NCBI RefSeq assembly: GCF_004010195.1
Contig: NC_057718.1
Span: 67,358,588-67,422,587, forward strand
Source: Chiloscyllium plagiosum
Taxonomy: Eukaryota
Reading direction: 5' to 3'
Length of the DNA: 64,000 nucleotides
Positions 35,403 to 49,089 of this stretch are shown here, piece after piece. Under the pieces are notes generated by a model, which was given only the letters and a program-made list of their open reading frames with translations, was not told where the DNA came from and did not search any database. How positions within the stretch are numbered: the stretch's first letter is position 1; each line of letters opens with the position of its first letter. A program made the translations under genes and the position numbers.

Positions 35403-38063
35403 CGCAAAAAGGTCAAAAAGTGTCGCACTGGAAAAGCACAGCCGGTTCAGCAGCATCTGCAGAACAGGAGAGTCAATGTTTCAGGGATAAGCCCATCATC
35501 AGGAATGTGGTGGCAAGGGTGAAGGGGGCTGAGAGATAAATAGGAGGGGGTTGGGGCTGGGGGGATGGTAGATAGATGTAGGTGGCGGGTTATGGTGATA
35601 GGTCAGAGCAGAGGGTGGAGAGGGGAGGTGGGAAGGAAGATGAACAGGTGGGACAGTTCAAGGTGATGATGCCGAGTTGTAGGGTTGGATCTGGGATAAG
35701 GTGGGGGGATGGGAGATGTGGGAACTGGTGAAATCGACGTTGATGCCGTGTGGTTGGAGGGATTCAAGACGGAAGATGAGGCATTCTTCATTCAGGCATC
35801 AGTTGGCTAGGATTTGGTGGTGGAGGAGGTCCAGGATTTGCATGTCCTTGGTGAGTGGGAAGGGAAGAGGTTGGCCATAGAGCAGTGGAGGTGGGTGGGG
35901 TGAGGACCAGAAGGGTTCTATACTTGCTGCGATTGGAGGGGTGGAGTTCAAGGTTGCAGTGCGGGAAGTGTAGGAGATGTGCTGGAGTGCATTGATTACC
36001 ACTTGGGAGGGGAAATTGTAGTTCTTGAAGTAAGAGGCCATCTCGGACATTCTGTAATGGAATTGCTCCTCCTGGGAGCAGATACGACAGAGGCAGAGAA
36101 ATCAGGCGTAAGGGATAGCGTTTTTACAAGAGGGGGTGCTGGGAGGAGGTGTAGTCTAGGTAGCTGTGGGAGTTGGGTGGGTTTGAAGTAGATATCCATG
36201 TTAAGTCGGTCACTGGAAATGAAGACGGACAAGTCCAGGAAGGGGATGGAGTGTCTGTGATGATCCAGGTGAACTTGAGGTCAGGGTGGAAGGTGTTTGT
36301 GAAGTTGATGAACTGTTCAAATCCTCCCACTTCCTTCGGACCAAAAGGATAGCCATGGGCACCCACATGGGCCCCAGCATTGCCTGCCTTTTCATAGGAT
36401 TCGTGGAACAATCCATCTTCTGCAGTTACAATCGCATCATCCTCCACTGCTTTCTCCGCTACATTGTTGACTTCATCAGTGTCCCCTCATGCTCCCATGA
36501 GGAGGTTGAACTGTTCATCAACATTGCAAACACTTTCTACACTGACCTCAGGTTCACCTGAACCATCTCAGACATGTTCCTCTCCTTCCCGGACCTCTCT
36601 GTCTCCATTTCCAAAGACCGACTCAACACAGACATCTACTTCAAACCCACTGACTCCCACAGCTACCCGGACTACACCTCCTCCAAGTAAACCCTCCTGT
36701 AAAAACGCTATCTCTTACTCCCAATTCCTCCACCTCTGCTGTATCTACTTCCAGGAAGAGCAATTCCATTCCAGAATATCCCAGATGGCCTCCTACTTCA
36801 AGGATTACAATTTCCCCTCCTACATGGTCAATAGTGCCCTCCAGCACATGACTCCACTTCCCGCACCTCTGACCTTGAATCACACCTCTCTAACTGCAAC
36901 AAGGATAAACCGCCCCCCCAGTCCTCACTTTCCAACCCACCAATCTCCCGATACAATGCATCATTGCATATTCTCCCCATGTCTGCGTGGGTTTCCTCCA
37001 GGTGCTCCAGTTTCTTCCCACAGTCCAAAGATGTGCAGGTCAAGTGAATTGGCCATGCTAAATTGCCCATGGTGTTAGGTGCGCTAGTCAGAGGGAAATG
37101 GGTCTGGGTGGGTTACTCTTCGGAGGGTCAGTGTGGACTTGTTGGGCTGAAGGGCCTGTTTCCACACTGTAGGGAATCTAATCTAAATCTAATCATCCTC
37201 CCCCATTACTGTCACCTACAGTCAGACCCCACCACAGAGATCCCTCCCCAACCCGATCAGCATTCTGCAGAGACCATGGACATCGCCAATTCCCTCATTA
37301 GGTCCATGCCCACCACCAACCCACCCTCCATTCTCGGCACCTTCCCTTGCCGCCACAAGAGGTGTAAAACCTGCACCAACACCTCCCCCCTCACTTTCAT
37401 CAAAGACCCCAAAGGATCCTTCGACATCTGGCAGAGATTTTCCTGCACATCCAAACACCTCATCTGTGTCCGTTGCTCTCAAATTGGTCTCCTTTACATT
37501 GGGAAGACACCAACTCATGGAACATTTCAAACAACATCTCTGGGACACACACCAAACAACACACCCACCCTGTGGTCAACCACTTCAATACCCCCTCTCT
37601 CTCTGCCAATGACACTGCCAAACCTAGCCACCTGATACCTGGAGGAAGAATGCCTTGGGACCCTCCAACCACATGGCATCAATGTTGATTTCATCAGTTT
37701 CCTTATCTCCCCTCCACCCACCTTATCCCATTTCCAACCCTCCAACTCATTACCACCCTCTTGAACTGTCTCACTGTCCATCTTCCTTCCCACCTATCTG
37801 CTCCATCCTCCACTCTGACCCATCACCAACAACCCCCACCTGCATCTACCTATCGCCTTCCAAGCTACCTCCCCGTAGCCCCATCCCCCTCCCAATTATC
37901 TCCATCCCCTTACACCCCCCACCCCCACCACATTCCTAATGAAGGGCTTATGCCTGAAATGTCGACACTCTTGCTCCTTGGATGCTGCCTGACCTGCTGT
38001 GCTTTTCCAGCACCACACTTTTCAACTCTGATCTCCAGCATCAGCAGTCCTCACTTTCCCTTC
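35403..38063. mobile_element. Penelope-like element (RT + GIY-YIG) with an inverted 5' portion; HE1 SINE inserted at 36965-37190
   Basis: IAMGTHMGPSIACLF, FLRYIVD and CSQIGLLYIGKT motifs; TSD gat(a/g)ttgatgaag at 35390-35402 and 38064-38076. Confidence 0.9.
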
Positions 38064-38076
38064 GATGTTGATGAAG

Positions 38077-39905
38077 TTGTGTCACTTCCTTCAGCCCAAC
38101 ATGAAATCTCACAGAAGGGTGACAAAAAGACCACAAAGAAGGTCACTGTTGTTCTCACCTTCTGCACTTCCAGATAATTGCAGACAGAAGCAGGAAATAA
38201 CAACAAAACTCACTGCTGACCCCTGGATAAAACTCATTTTGAGACAGAGTAATATCTCGGAGTGGAATTTTATTTCTCTCTCTCAGCAGTGGCTCTGCAA
38301 CTGATTGCAGTGCTCCCGTACTGGGCGTTGACAGCCTGGAGAAGGTCAAGCAGCCAGTTCCATTAAAGCATTTTAACAGGCCTGACACCACCATTCTACC
38401 TCAACAGAAAACTAAAACCATTTTCAAATGTTTTGCAGTAACCAAGTTACAGATTGAGAAACAAACATGATGGGTGAAGATAAAATCTAAAATATCTCGA
38501 AAATCATTTCTTTAAATTGAACGTACCAAGTTTAAAAAGTCTATTAATTGATCATTTAACAGGATTCCACAATTATTCCACAAGCTTTTACAGTGCTAAT
38601 TCTCTTGTTCATTAAGTTTAATTAACTATATTGCTATTGTCCTGAGTGAAGAGTGTGACATTTTAAGAGTTTAGAACAGCTCTGAGAGGATGACTGAAGG
38701 TTGAATTTCTCTCAGATCCCAACAATTGTCTGACGTGGGGGGTCCAGGGTACAGCCTGTGGTGAGCCAGACTGACAGGCTGCAACAGCTGGATCTCTGCA
38801 CTGGTCTGCACATGCCTGACATACTGAAGTAAACTCCCCTCTCTCTTCAGGAGTCAATTCCAGGCCATTATGAAGTTCTTGCAGAATGCAGTACATTAAA
38901 GGCCATGGGAGCCTTTTATGCTGGACAAGGATGCTACATTCTCTTTTTGCTCAGAAAACAAGAGCAGATGTAAGGGTATGGAGCTCATTCAAGATACTCC
39001 ATTAGTATCTACATGTTTCCATGTTAACAAGGAAGGTACATCAGCTGCAAAGGATACAGCTCAGACTACTGCAGTTTGTGTGCAAGATTTTGATCTCAGT
39101 GAGTTCCAGTAAACCTGACTGTACCCACTGCTACACCACTGTACCCTTCCCACTGATGCCAAGCCTCCAGAAGCTTGAAATTCAGAGATACGCCATATAG
39201 CTGCACATTTATGAAAACTTCCTCGATCCCACTGCACAAGCAAAGCACACTTAGAATCAAAGCCAATGCTATTTTTAAAAAACTTAACTCGCTTCACCAT
39301 AATCTAACTATAATCTTGAGGCCCAGGCTAATACTCCATTTACATGAGTCAAATCCCACCATTTCAGGTTGTAGAATTTTAATTTAATCAAAAGATTTAG
39401 AATTGTTTAAAAAAGGCTAATCTCAACAATGGCTGTGAAAAGCCATCTGGCCCATTAATCAATCTTTGGCTGAAAACTCAGATTCTTAAAAGAATAATTC
39501 AAACAGATCCTGGTTTGACAGTTGGTTGAAACCTTACCAGCTTTGAGCACCATGGGCTATGGCGGGATGTGCGGTAGAATCGGGTGAGGTGTTCAGAAAG
39601 GTCCACTTCAGTATGACACCTCGCCCCACTTTGTTCAATTTTTTCAAGCCGTGTTGTGAGATTCTCGATAGGCAACAGCCAATTCCCATTTGGCACTCAT
39701 TGTTGCTTGTTAAAGTACCTTGTTAACAGCTTAATTTACCACAGATTGCAATCTTACCAAACTTATCATACAAATTATCTATTAGAAAAACTCAAATGTG
39801 GAAACCAGGCCTGGTTCATGTTGTGCATTATGTATGAACATGTCAAGGAAGTATCTGCAAGGAAGTCCAGGGGTAGGTAGACACCTGTCAGTTTGGTGAG
39901 TCCCA
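38077..39905 (+). pseudogene. GREB1-like P-loop remnant, CxxC motif and TAGT glycosyltransferase module A
   Basis: PQRRSLLFSP at 38131 (HPRRLLLTGP), YCYCPE* at 38629 (YHHCEQC), PGHYE..KAMG..YILFLLRKQE (TGRHE..HAMD..HVLVVKEYE), NKEGTSAAK at 39026 (NSAGVGAAH), NLWLKTQILKRIIQTDP (NVSLKHIMQHIEAAP) and FPFG..LVN..LQSY (EPFS..ILN..VQY). Confidence 0.7.
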
Positions 39906-39909
39906 GCAC

Positions 39910-40480
39910 GAACAAGACATTGGTCAGGACACTTTTGGAATATTATGTGCAATTCTCGTCTCTCTCGTATCAGAAGAATGTTGTGAAACTTGAAAAAGTT
40001 CAGAAAAGATTTACAAGCATGTTGCCAGGGTTGGAGGGTTTGAGCTATAGGTAGAGGCTGAATAGGTTGAGGCTGTTTTCCCTGGAGCATCAGTGGCTGA
40101 GGAGTGACCCTATAGAGAGTTGTAAAATCATGTGGGGCATAGATATGATAAATAGACAAAGTCTTTTCCCTGGGGTTGGACAGCACAGAACTAGAGGGCA
40201 TATGTTTAGGGTGAGGGGGAAAAGTTTAAAAAGTATCTAAGGGGCAACTTTTTCATGCAGAGGCTGATGCGTGTATGGAATGAGCTGTCGAAGAAGTGGT
40301 GGAAGCTGGTACAATTACACCATTTGAAAGGCACCTGGATGGGTATATGAATAGGAAGGGTTTAGAGGAATACGGACCAAGTGCTGGCAACTGGATTAGG
40401 TTAGGATATCTGGTTGGCACAGATGAGTTGGATCAATGGGTCTGTTTCTATGCTGTACACCTCTACGACTGTATGACTCT
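39910..40480 (+). mobile_element. CR1 LINE 3' fragment
   Basis: ggaatattatgtgcaattct...tggaatgagctg...tatgactcta. Confidence 0.9.
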
Positions 40481-40489
40481 AAATTTAGT

Positions 40490-41285
40490 CAAGGACAGTC
40501 TCCCCATATAATGCCACGTTTTGGCCACAGTCTGAAATCCAGTCAGGGTGGCAATGCATGTGGACAATCTGTGTTTCTGTGCTCCAGGGGGGAGTTCATG
40601 GTCAGTCCTTTGTTTCCGTATGGATCAGCCGAGGGAAGTATCATCGTTCTACAGAGGTAAGGGCTGATGCTGGTCACTCTAGATGTGGGCCACAGTCATC
40701 ACATTGCCTCTATTGGCAGGGATTAATGAGTGATTGGGGAAGGCGGCTGGGGAATTGGGAAAAGAGGTAGAGACTGTTGAAATTGTACGTACGCAGCTTG
40801 AGTGATGGGCAAATGTAAAGTCTGTGGCACGTAAAAGGGAGAGGGTGATATTGGGAGTCTCAGTAGTGTGTTAATGTGGAGGCTGAAAGCCACTGTCACA
40901 GGATTACTCACTGTTGTTCCATTTGTGAAGCATATGAAAAGCAGCAATTTGAGAACAGCTACAGAGGAACTTGCAATGAGTGAGGTAAACAAGGCAACTT
41001 GAGAGGGAAGAACCTGCATCAGCAACCATTCACTGGACTTTCACAGAGGAACAACATTGGCCACCATCACATGATATCTTGACAACACTGGCATGCAGGG
41101 TGCCTGCTCTCAGGCCATCCTACAGCATTAACTATCTCGGTTACACCTCACTGTTACTATCACTACTGGGAAACTCCCTCGGGTGTACGCTTAGCAAGTC
41201 AAGCAGCAGGCAATTATGAGGGGATGTCTAAGGAGTCAGAATGAGCCAGGAAGGTAAGGAAGCATTGCTACCCCTACTCCCACAG
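40490..41285 (+). pseudogene. Putative TAGT module B (may continue at about 43070-43250 after a CR1)
   Basis: QSPHIMPRFGH at 40496 (KSPTFTPTTGR), LMLVTL (IMLVLP), SSVLMWRL at 40862 (DSCVMWNV), ELAMSEV..EGRTCISNHSL (NVSLKHI..EAAPDIMHYAL) and DGLVLGR near 43185 (AGLLLCR). Confidence 0.45.
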
Positions 41286-41289
41286 ATAT

Positions 41290-43070
41290 ATTTGGAGGGG
41301 TTTCTGAGGGACAGGATTTATATGCATTTGGAAAGGTGAGGACTGATTATGGATAGCCAACATAGCTTTGTGCATGGGAAACTGTGTCTCACAAATTTGA
41401 TTGGGTTTTTGAAGAAGTAATGAAGAGGATTGACAAAGACAGAGTGGTGGGCATGTTTTATATGGAAACCAAAAGAACGGAGGGTGCTGTAAATCAGAAA
41501 CAAAAACAGAAATTAGTGAAAACGTTCAGCTGGACTGGCAGCAATTGTGAAAAGAAATCAAAGTTAACATTTCAGGCGCAGTGAGTCTTTCTTTTCAAGG
41601 AGTGGTCACCAGACCCAAAATGTGATCGAAATGGACTTTAGTAAGGAGATCAACAAGATTCCGCTTGGTAGACTGGTTAGCGAGGTTAGATCACATGGAA
41701 TGCATTTGGATACAGAACTGACTTGAAGGTAGGAGACAGAGGGTGGAGGTGAAGGTTGCTTTTCAGACTGGAGGCCTGTGACCAGCAGTGTGCCACAAAG
41801 ATCAGTACTGGGTCCACGGCTTTCAGTTATTTGTATAAATGATTTGGAATGTGAACATAGGAGGGATTGATTAGATTAGATTCCCTATAGTATGGAAACA
41901 GGACCTTCGGCCCAACAAGTCCACACCAATCCTCCAAAGAGTAACCCACCCAGACCCATTCCCCTATCCTATATTTATCCCTGACAAATGCACCTATGAC
42001 TATGGGCAATTTAGCATGGTCAATTCACCTGACTTGCACATCTTTGGATTCTGGGAGGAGGCCCATGCAGACATGCTGAGAATGTGCAAACTCCACATAG
42101 ACAGTCGCCTGAGGCAGGAATTGAACCCAGGTCTCTGGCACTGTGCGGCAGCAGTGTTAACCACTGAACCACTATGCTGCCCATATGGTTAATAGATTTT
42201 CAAATGACCCCAAAATTGGAGGTATAATGGACAGCCAAGAAGGTAACCTTTGCCTACCTTGGGCCCTTGATCAGATGGTCCAAAGAGCCGAGGAGTGGCA
42301 GATGGAGTTTAATTTAGATAAATGTGAGGTGATGCATTTTGGAAAGGCAAATCAGGGTAGGACTTATACACTTAATGGTAAGGTCTTGGGGAGTTTTGCT
42401 GAACAAAGACACCTTGGAGTGCAGGTTCATTGTTTCTTGAAAGTAGAGTCTCAGGTGGATAGGATAGTGAATGAGTCAATGGGTGGTCAATGGGTGTAGA
42501 AATTGGGAGGTCATGTTGCATGTGTACAGGGCATTGTTTATGCCACTTTTGGAATACTGTGTGCAATTCTAGTCTGCCTGCTTTAGAAAGGATGTTGTGA
42601 AACTTGAAAGAGTTCAGAAAAGAGTTACACGGATGTTGGCAGGGTTAGAGGATTTGAGCTATAGGGAGAAGCTGAATAGGCTGGGGCTATTTTCCCTGGA
42701 GTGTCAGAGGCTGAGGGGTGACTTTATAGAAGTTTATAATATTCATAAGGTAAATAGACAAGGTATTTTTCTGAAAATGAGGGAGTCCAAAACTAGAGAG
42801 CATAGGGGAGGGGAAAGATTTACAAGGGACCTAAGGGGCAACTTTTTCATGCAGAGGTGCAATGCATGTATGGAATGAGCTGCCAGAGGAAGTAGTGGAA
42901 GCTGGTACAATTGTAACATTTAAAAGGCATCTGAATGGGTACATGAATAGAAGGGTTTGAGGGATATGGGCCAAGTGCTGGCAAATGGGACTAGATTAAT
43001 TTAGGATATCTGGTTGGCATAAACGAGTTTGATATAAGGGTCTGTTTCTGTGCTGTATACCTCTATGACC
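41290..43070 (+). mobile_element. CR1 LINE RT-to-3' portion with a nested Penelope fragment (about 41468-41625) and HE1 SINE (41868-42183, - strand)
   Basis: WQMEFNLDKCEVMHFG and KLERVQKRVTRML motifs. Confidence 0.9.
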
Positions 43071-43349
43071 CATTAAGATGTCCTCATCCAAGCTGCTGGG
43101 AGCTCCAAGAGGCAGTGTAAACAATGGCTCCTTTGATGCCTCAGCATTTTCATCTGGGAGGTGGAAGAACTCTTGTCTGCAGTAGACGGGCTGGTCCTTG
43201 GGAGGACAGGTTCACCTCTAAGGCATAAGAGGCAGAGGCAGAGGCATTGCTGCAACTGGTTGATTTCACTGTTACAGTGGAATGACAAGTGTTACTTACT
43301 CGGGTATTGAAACATGGCGGCCTCTGCATCCCACAAGTATAGTCTCTGT

Positions 43350-44222
43350 CTTCTCCCATGGGGCCAGGTATTCTTTCCTCAGAGGGGATGAGAATACATA
43401 CAGCCAACACCCCACCAATTGCACACTGTGGTTCTGAGTTGTTATGGGGTGTCTTCTCTTATAATGACATACAAGTGCCAAATAAGTAAGGCACCACTGG
43501 GATACATGGTTATTAAGGGTAATACATGTGGGGAAAGATGTTGAGGTGTTCCAAGGGAGAGTAGAGACAGCACAGAGGATCTGTAATATCAGTTGTTTGG
43601 GAAGATGGAGGGATAACGAGAGTGAGTGAAGGAAGGTGTTGCATGAAACAAAGGGGATGTCAAAGCATGCAACCAGTGTGAGGATAGAATGAGTTGACTT
43701 CTCACAGTTCCCTTGATTTCTTGTCAATGATAATCAATAACTGTTAGTTGCAGAGATTTTTGTTTTCAATGTGGACATCACTGGCTGGTGATGGAAGATC
43801 TTCAGGCCAAATTTCAGATTCACATGGGAAATAGTTAGAAACACTGAGATTTGAAATTTCCAGGATTCACAACCACTTTATAGAAAGGCTTCTTTTTTTT
43901 GCTAACCTCTTAAGTGATTGCAAGGTCTAGGTGGGTACTGAAAAGATATATAGCACCAAAGGTACCAAAGCCATGTGCTTGGCAACAAACAAATAAACAA
44001 AGTTTTTCCATGTGTATTCATTCAACAAATAAAATAATTAAACCCATCTTTTATTTCTCTCTCAGAAAGGTTTGACTGAATTCTGGATGAAGTCAATTGA
44101 CTTTTGTGAACAGCTGACAATCCAGAGCTCTCTGAGATTTGTCTTCCATAATATCTCATGGTAAATCCTATGCAACCCAGGAATTGTTCCAAATCTTCCA
44201 CATTCAATACTAAGTCCATTCG
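43350..44222 (+). pseudogene. TAGT module C / C-terminal half of a glycosyltransferase module plus linker
   Basis: VFFPQRG at 43368, HQLHTVVLSCY at 43413 (SHLHVLVVKEY), NC*LQRF-VFNVDIT ending at 43782 (RCHVHNFIILNVDLT), FRFTWE (NRFLCD), VLKRYIA at 43935 (VMKKQIV) and ILCNP (YICAP). Confidence 0.6.
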
Positions 44223-45368
44223 TCTTCTTTTCATTTATTTTCAATTTTTCTCTCTCTTTTTTAATTTTTGAAATGTTTTTTCCTTTCCTCTTTTATTTTA
44301 CTTACCTGTTGTTGAAAAGCTCAGTTGCAGCGACAGCACTGATAGCAGCGAGTGAGCCCAGCATGGACTCAAGTGGGCGCAGCATGGACTTGTGCTGGCA
44401 TTGGAAGTTGGTTTGTGTTCCCATCAGTTTTTGCATTGATGAGGCGGTCATAGTGCCCATTTTGAGACCTGATGGCATCAGCAGTGGCTGCACTGGCTGC
44501 ACTGGCGAGATGGGCCTGAGGCGAGTTTGGGCCGATGTGGTACCCGTCAGCATCAGTAGTATGTGCATTGGCGAGATCAAGTGAGGACTCATAGTGGTGA
44601 GGGCATTCGTGGAAGCGTAATGGTGCTGAAGAGTGGAGTCTTTTGTTCCAGCGGCAACAGCATGGTGAAGGGGTCTTAGGCCCAGGCCATGGCCCATGGT
44701 GGAGCACTTAATGAGAAAGACTGTAAAATTGAACTCGTTTTCTTTATTTATTTTTCTGCCTTTATATTCAATGTTTTGGTTTATTTTTCAGATGGTGCTG
44801 GCTATACAATACTTTTCACTGTATATTGTAACAAAATACATGTGACAATAAGTAAATCAAATAACTCATTTCAAATCAGATATGTTTCTAACAACACATT
44901 CAAGCCCTTAATCCAATTTATTACTATACAATGTGTAAAAATTGACTCCTGTAGCACTCCATTAATTTAACAAATAAAAATATCCCATTTATCAATACTG
45001 TCTGTTTCCTATTAGTTAGCTAAATTTCTGTCAATACTATTGGATTACAGCCAAGGCCATGTCCGAGTAACCTTTTTGTAACATCTTAGCAAATATCTTT
45101 TGAAACTCAAAATGCACGACATCTATTGATTCCCTTTCACCTCTTTATCTCCCACATTTTCAGAGCAAAAACTTGTCAAACACAATTGACCTTTTCATAA
45201 AGCCATGTTGATGCTGCCTAATTTTCAAGTGTGCTACACTACTTCCTTAAAAATTACAATGCTATTGTCAGATGTTAGACTAACTAGCCAATAGTTTCCT
45301 ACTTTCTGCCACCCTACTTTCTTGAATAGTGATGTTACATTGCTGGATTTCCAATTCACTAGAACTCT

Positions 45369-47486
45369 TAATGGGTTTTTAGAAGATTTGTAGCTCAACT
45401 TGAGGTTCTGGATTAGGTTTGCTCGCTGAGCTGGAAGTTCGGTTTCAGACGTTACACCACCATACTAGGTAATATCATCAGTGAGCCTCCAGACGAAGCA
45501 CTGGTGCTATGGCCCCCTTTTTATTTATGTGTTAGGTTTCCTTGGGTTGGTGATGTCATTTCCCTGTGGTGATGTCATTTCTGGGTGTTATCATTTCTTG
45601 TTTTTTTTCAGGGGATGGTAAATGGGATACAAATCAATGTGTTTGTTGAAAGAGTTCCAGTTGGAGTGCCTTGCTTCTCGGAATTCTCGTGTGTATCTCT
45701 ATTTGACTTGTCCTAGGATGGATGTGCTGTCCCAGTCGAAGTGGTGTCCTTCCTGATCTGTATGTAAAGATACTAGTGAGAGTGGGTCATGACTTTTTGT
45801 GGCTAGTCGGTGTTCATGTATCCTGGTGGCTAGTTTTCTGCCTGTTTGTCCAATGTGGTGTTTGTTACAGTTCTTGCAAGGTATTTTGTAAATGACATTA
45901 GTTTTGCTTGTTGTCTGTATAGGGTCTTTTAAGTTCACTAGCTGCTGTTTTAGTGTGTTAGTGGGTTTGTGGGCTATGATGATGCCAAGAGGTCTGAGTA
46001 GTCGGCAGTCATTTCCGAGATGTCTTTGATGTAGGGGAGGGTGGCTAAGGTTTGTGGACGTGTTTTGTCTGCTTGTTTGGGTTTGTTGCTGAGAAATCAG
46101 TGGACTATGTTCTCTAGGTATCTGTTCTTTTTGAATATACTGTATAGGTGATTTTCCTCTGCTCCTCATAGTTCCTCTGTGCTGCAGTGTGTGGTACCTC
46201 ATTGAAATAATGTTCTAATGCAGCTTCATTTGTGGATGTTGGCATGATTGCTTCTGTAGTTCAGCATTTGGTCAGTATGTGTTTTCCTGTAGACACTGGT
46301 TTGAAGTTCCCCATTGGCTGTTCACTCTACTGTGACATCTAGGAATGGCAGTTTGTTATTGTTTTCCTTATCTAGTGAATTTTATGCCAGTAAGGGCATT
46401 GTTGATTATCTTGAAGGCTTCCTCTAATTTATAGATTATTAATTTATAATTTATGTCACACCAACTTATAGATTAGCCAAGGAGCTACACCAAAGACTAA
46501 AACACTTAGTAGAAGACTCACTCTACTCCAAGCAATAATTCCAAAGACACCGAGATAGATGATGATGAAACAATGGTCTCCTTTGAATTACTAACCCTAT
46601 TCACATCCATCAACATCAACCTGGCCAAGGAAACACTGACTACACTATTAGAAGATCCAAAGATGCATACACCAAATATCACCAACTTCATCAGCACGAA
46701 CAATAGCTATTGGACCTATGTCTTACCACCCACTTTACATTCAACAACAAGACCTACAGACAAACCAACGGAACACCCATGGGATCTCTGATATCCGGGT
46801 TCTTAGCAGAAGCAGTAATGCAGAGACTTGAACAAACAGCTCTGCCAACCATCTAACCCAAACTTTGGGTCCGCTACATGGATGACACCTTTGTCATCAC
46901 TAAATGAAACAAATTAGAGGAAATCTTCAAGACCATCAACAATACCCTTACTAGCATAAAAATCACTAAGGAGGAGGAAAATAACAACAAACTCCCATTC
47001 TTAGATGTCACAGTAGACCCTACACACACAAAAAGTAAAACTAATGTAATTTACAAAATACCTTGCAAGAACTGTAACAAACACCACATTGGACAACAGG
47101 CAGAAAACCTAGATACATGAACATCAATTAGCCAAAAAAGACATGACCCACTCTTACTAGTATGTTTACATACGGATGAGGAAGGACACCACTTCGACTG
47201 GGACAACACATCCATCCTAGGACAAGCCAAACAGAGACATGTGTGAAAATTCCTCGAAGCATGGCATTCTAACCAAAACTCTAACAACAAATACATTGAC
47301 TGGTATCCCATTTACCACCCCTGAGGAAAGGAACCGGAAATGACATCACCACATGAAATGATGTCACAGGAAATGACATCACCAACCCAAGGAAACCTAA
47401 ACACATAAATAAAAAGTGGGCCATACCACCAGTGCTTCATCTAGAGGCTCACTGATGATGTTAACGAGTCAGCAAGCAAACCTAGA
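45369..47486. mobile_element. Penelope-like element (second family; inverted RT/GIY-YIG halves) inserted in an old CR1
   Basis: NVIYKIPCKNCNKHHIGQTGRKLATRIHEH, VSF..LFTSI and GTPMGS..RYMDD motifs; 13-bp TSD tcactagaactct at 45356-45368 and 47487-47499. Confidence 0.9.
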
Positions 47487-47611
47487 TCACTAGAACTCTG
47501 TTCCAGAACATAAGAAATTTTGGAAAATTGCAAACCACGAATGTAACCATGATCTCTGCAATAATTTCTTTTAAGACCTTTAGGTACAGACCATCAGATC
47601 CAGTTGACTTA

Positions 47612-48950
47612 CAGTCATAGAATCAGAGAACTGTACAGCGTGGAAACAGACCTTTAGGTCGAACATGTCCATGCTGACCAGATACCATAATAAATCTAGT
47701 GCTATATGCTAGCATTTGACCCATATTTACATGAAAACGTTGGCTCTTAAGTTCCTTATAACTCTTTCCCCTCTCACCTTAAACCTATGCCCTCTAGTTT
47801 TGGACACCTCCAGTCCAAGGAAAAGACCTTGTCTAGTTATCCTATCCATGCCCCTCATGATTTTATGAACCTCTGTAAGGTCACCTCTCAGCCTCCAATG
47901 TTCCAGGGAAAATAGCTCCAGCCTATGCAGTTTCTTCCTATAGCTCAAATCCTCTAACCCTGGCAACATCCTTGTAAATCTTTTCTGAACCCATTCAAGT
48001 TTCACAACATCCTCCCAACAGCGGGGAGAGCAGAATTGCACACAGTATTCCAAACGTGGCATAACCAATGCCATGCACAGCTGCAACATACACCCTATAC
48101 TCATTACACCGACCAAAAAAGGCAAGCATACCAAATGCCTTCTTCACTATCCTATTTACTTGGGACTCTACATTTAAGGAACTATGAACCTGCAGACAGC
48201 AACTGATCAGCAACACTCCCCAGGACCCTACCATTATGTGTACCCGATTTGCCCTTCCAAAATGCAGTACCTCGCATTTATCTAAATTAAACTCCATCTG
48301 CTACTCCTCAGCCCATTGGCCCTTCTGATCAAGATCCCATTGTATTCTGAGGTAACCTTCTTGGCTGCCCAATACACCTCCAATTTTGGTGTAAACTTAC
48401 TATCTGTACCTCCTATGTTCACATTCCAAATCATTTTTAAAACTGATGAAAAGCAATGAATTTAGCCTCCAGTCTGAAAAGCAACTCTCCATCACCACCC
48501 TCTGTCTCCTACCTTTGAGCTAGTTCTGTATCCAAATGGCCAGTACTCCCTGTATTCCATGTGACTTGACAGCATTCCGTAGTATATAATTATAATTTTA
48601 AGTGCTTTCCTCTCTTTTCCCTTTAATTTTCTATTATCCATGAGATTTTTTTATGTTCTACCTTGAAGACACAAAAGAGAAAATATTTCTTCAAAATCTC
48701 AGCCATCTCTTTTCTCCCCAGCCTTATTCTTTGAGTGATGAAGGTTTACCTTGCCTACTTCTGCCTTATAATGTACTTAAAACTCTTATTGTCTGATTGA
48801 TATGCTTACTAACCCAGCCTCATACTCTAATTTCACTCTCAGTATTTTTTTAAATCATCTGCTATTTTCTAATGTTTTCCCAGTCTTCTGACCAACCATT
48901 GACCTTCACAGAATTGAGTGCCTTTTCCTTCAATTTCATACCATCCATCA
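47612..48950 (-). mobile_element. CR1 LINE fragments
   Basis: LEYCVQFCSP..KRFTRMLPGLE and MEFNLDKCEVLHFG motifs. Confidence 0.9.
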
Positions 48951-49089
48951 GCCTTTGCAAAATACATGGGATCTTGGCAACACACCAACTCTCCTACCTG
49001 TAGACTTGAACTCCAGGACCATCTGCCCCTCGAGCCAAACTGTGTCAGCAAAGCTACAGCATTGGCATCTATCCAGTAATATGCAAAAC

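Noticed and set aside
39305..39460. ILHLHESNPTISGCRIL in ORF 39175-39387, resembling GREB1 IMQHIEAAP
   Set aside because: This stretch is a SINE fragment; the real match follows at about 39460-39510.
39775..39800. YLLEKL as the GREB1 C-terminal LLLEKF motif
   Set aside because: It is out of order; the C-terminal domain is better matched at 56385-56800.
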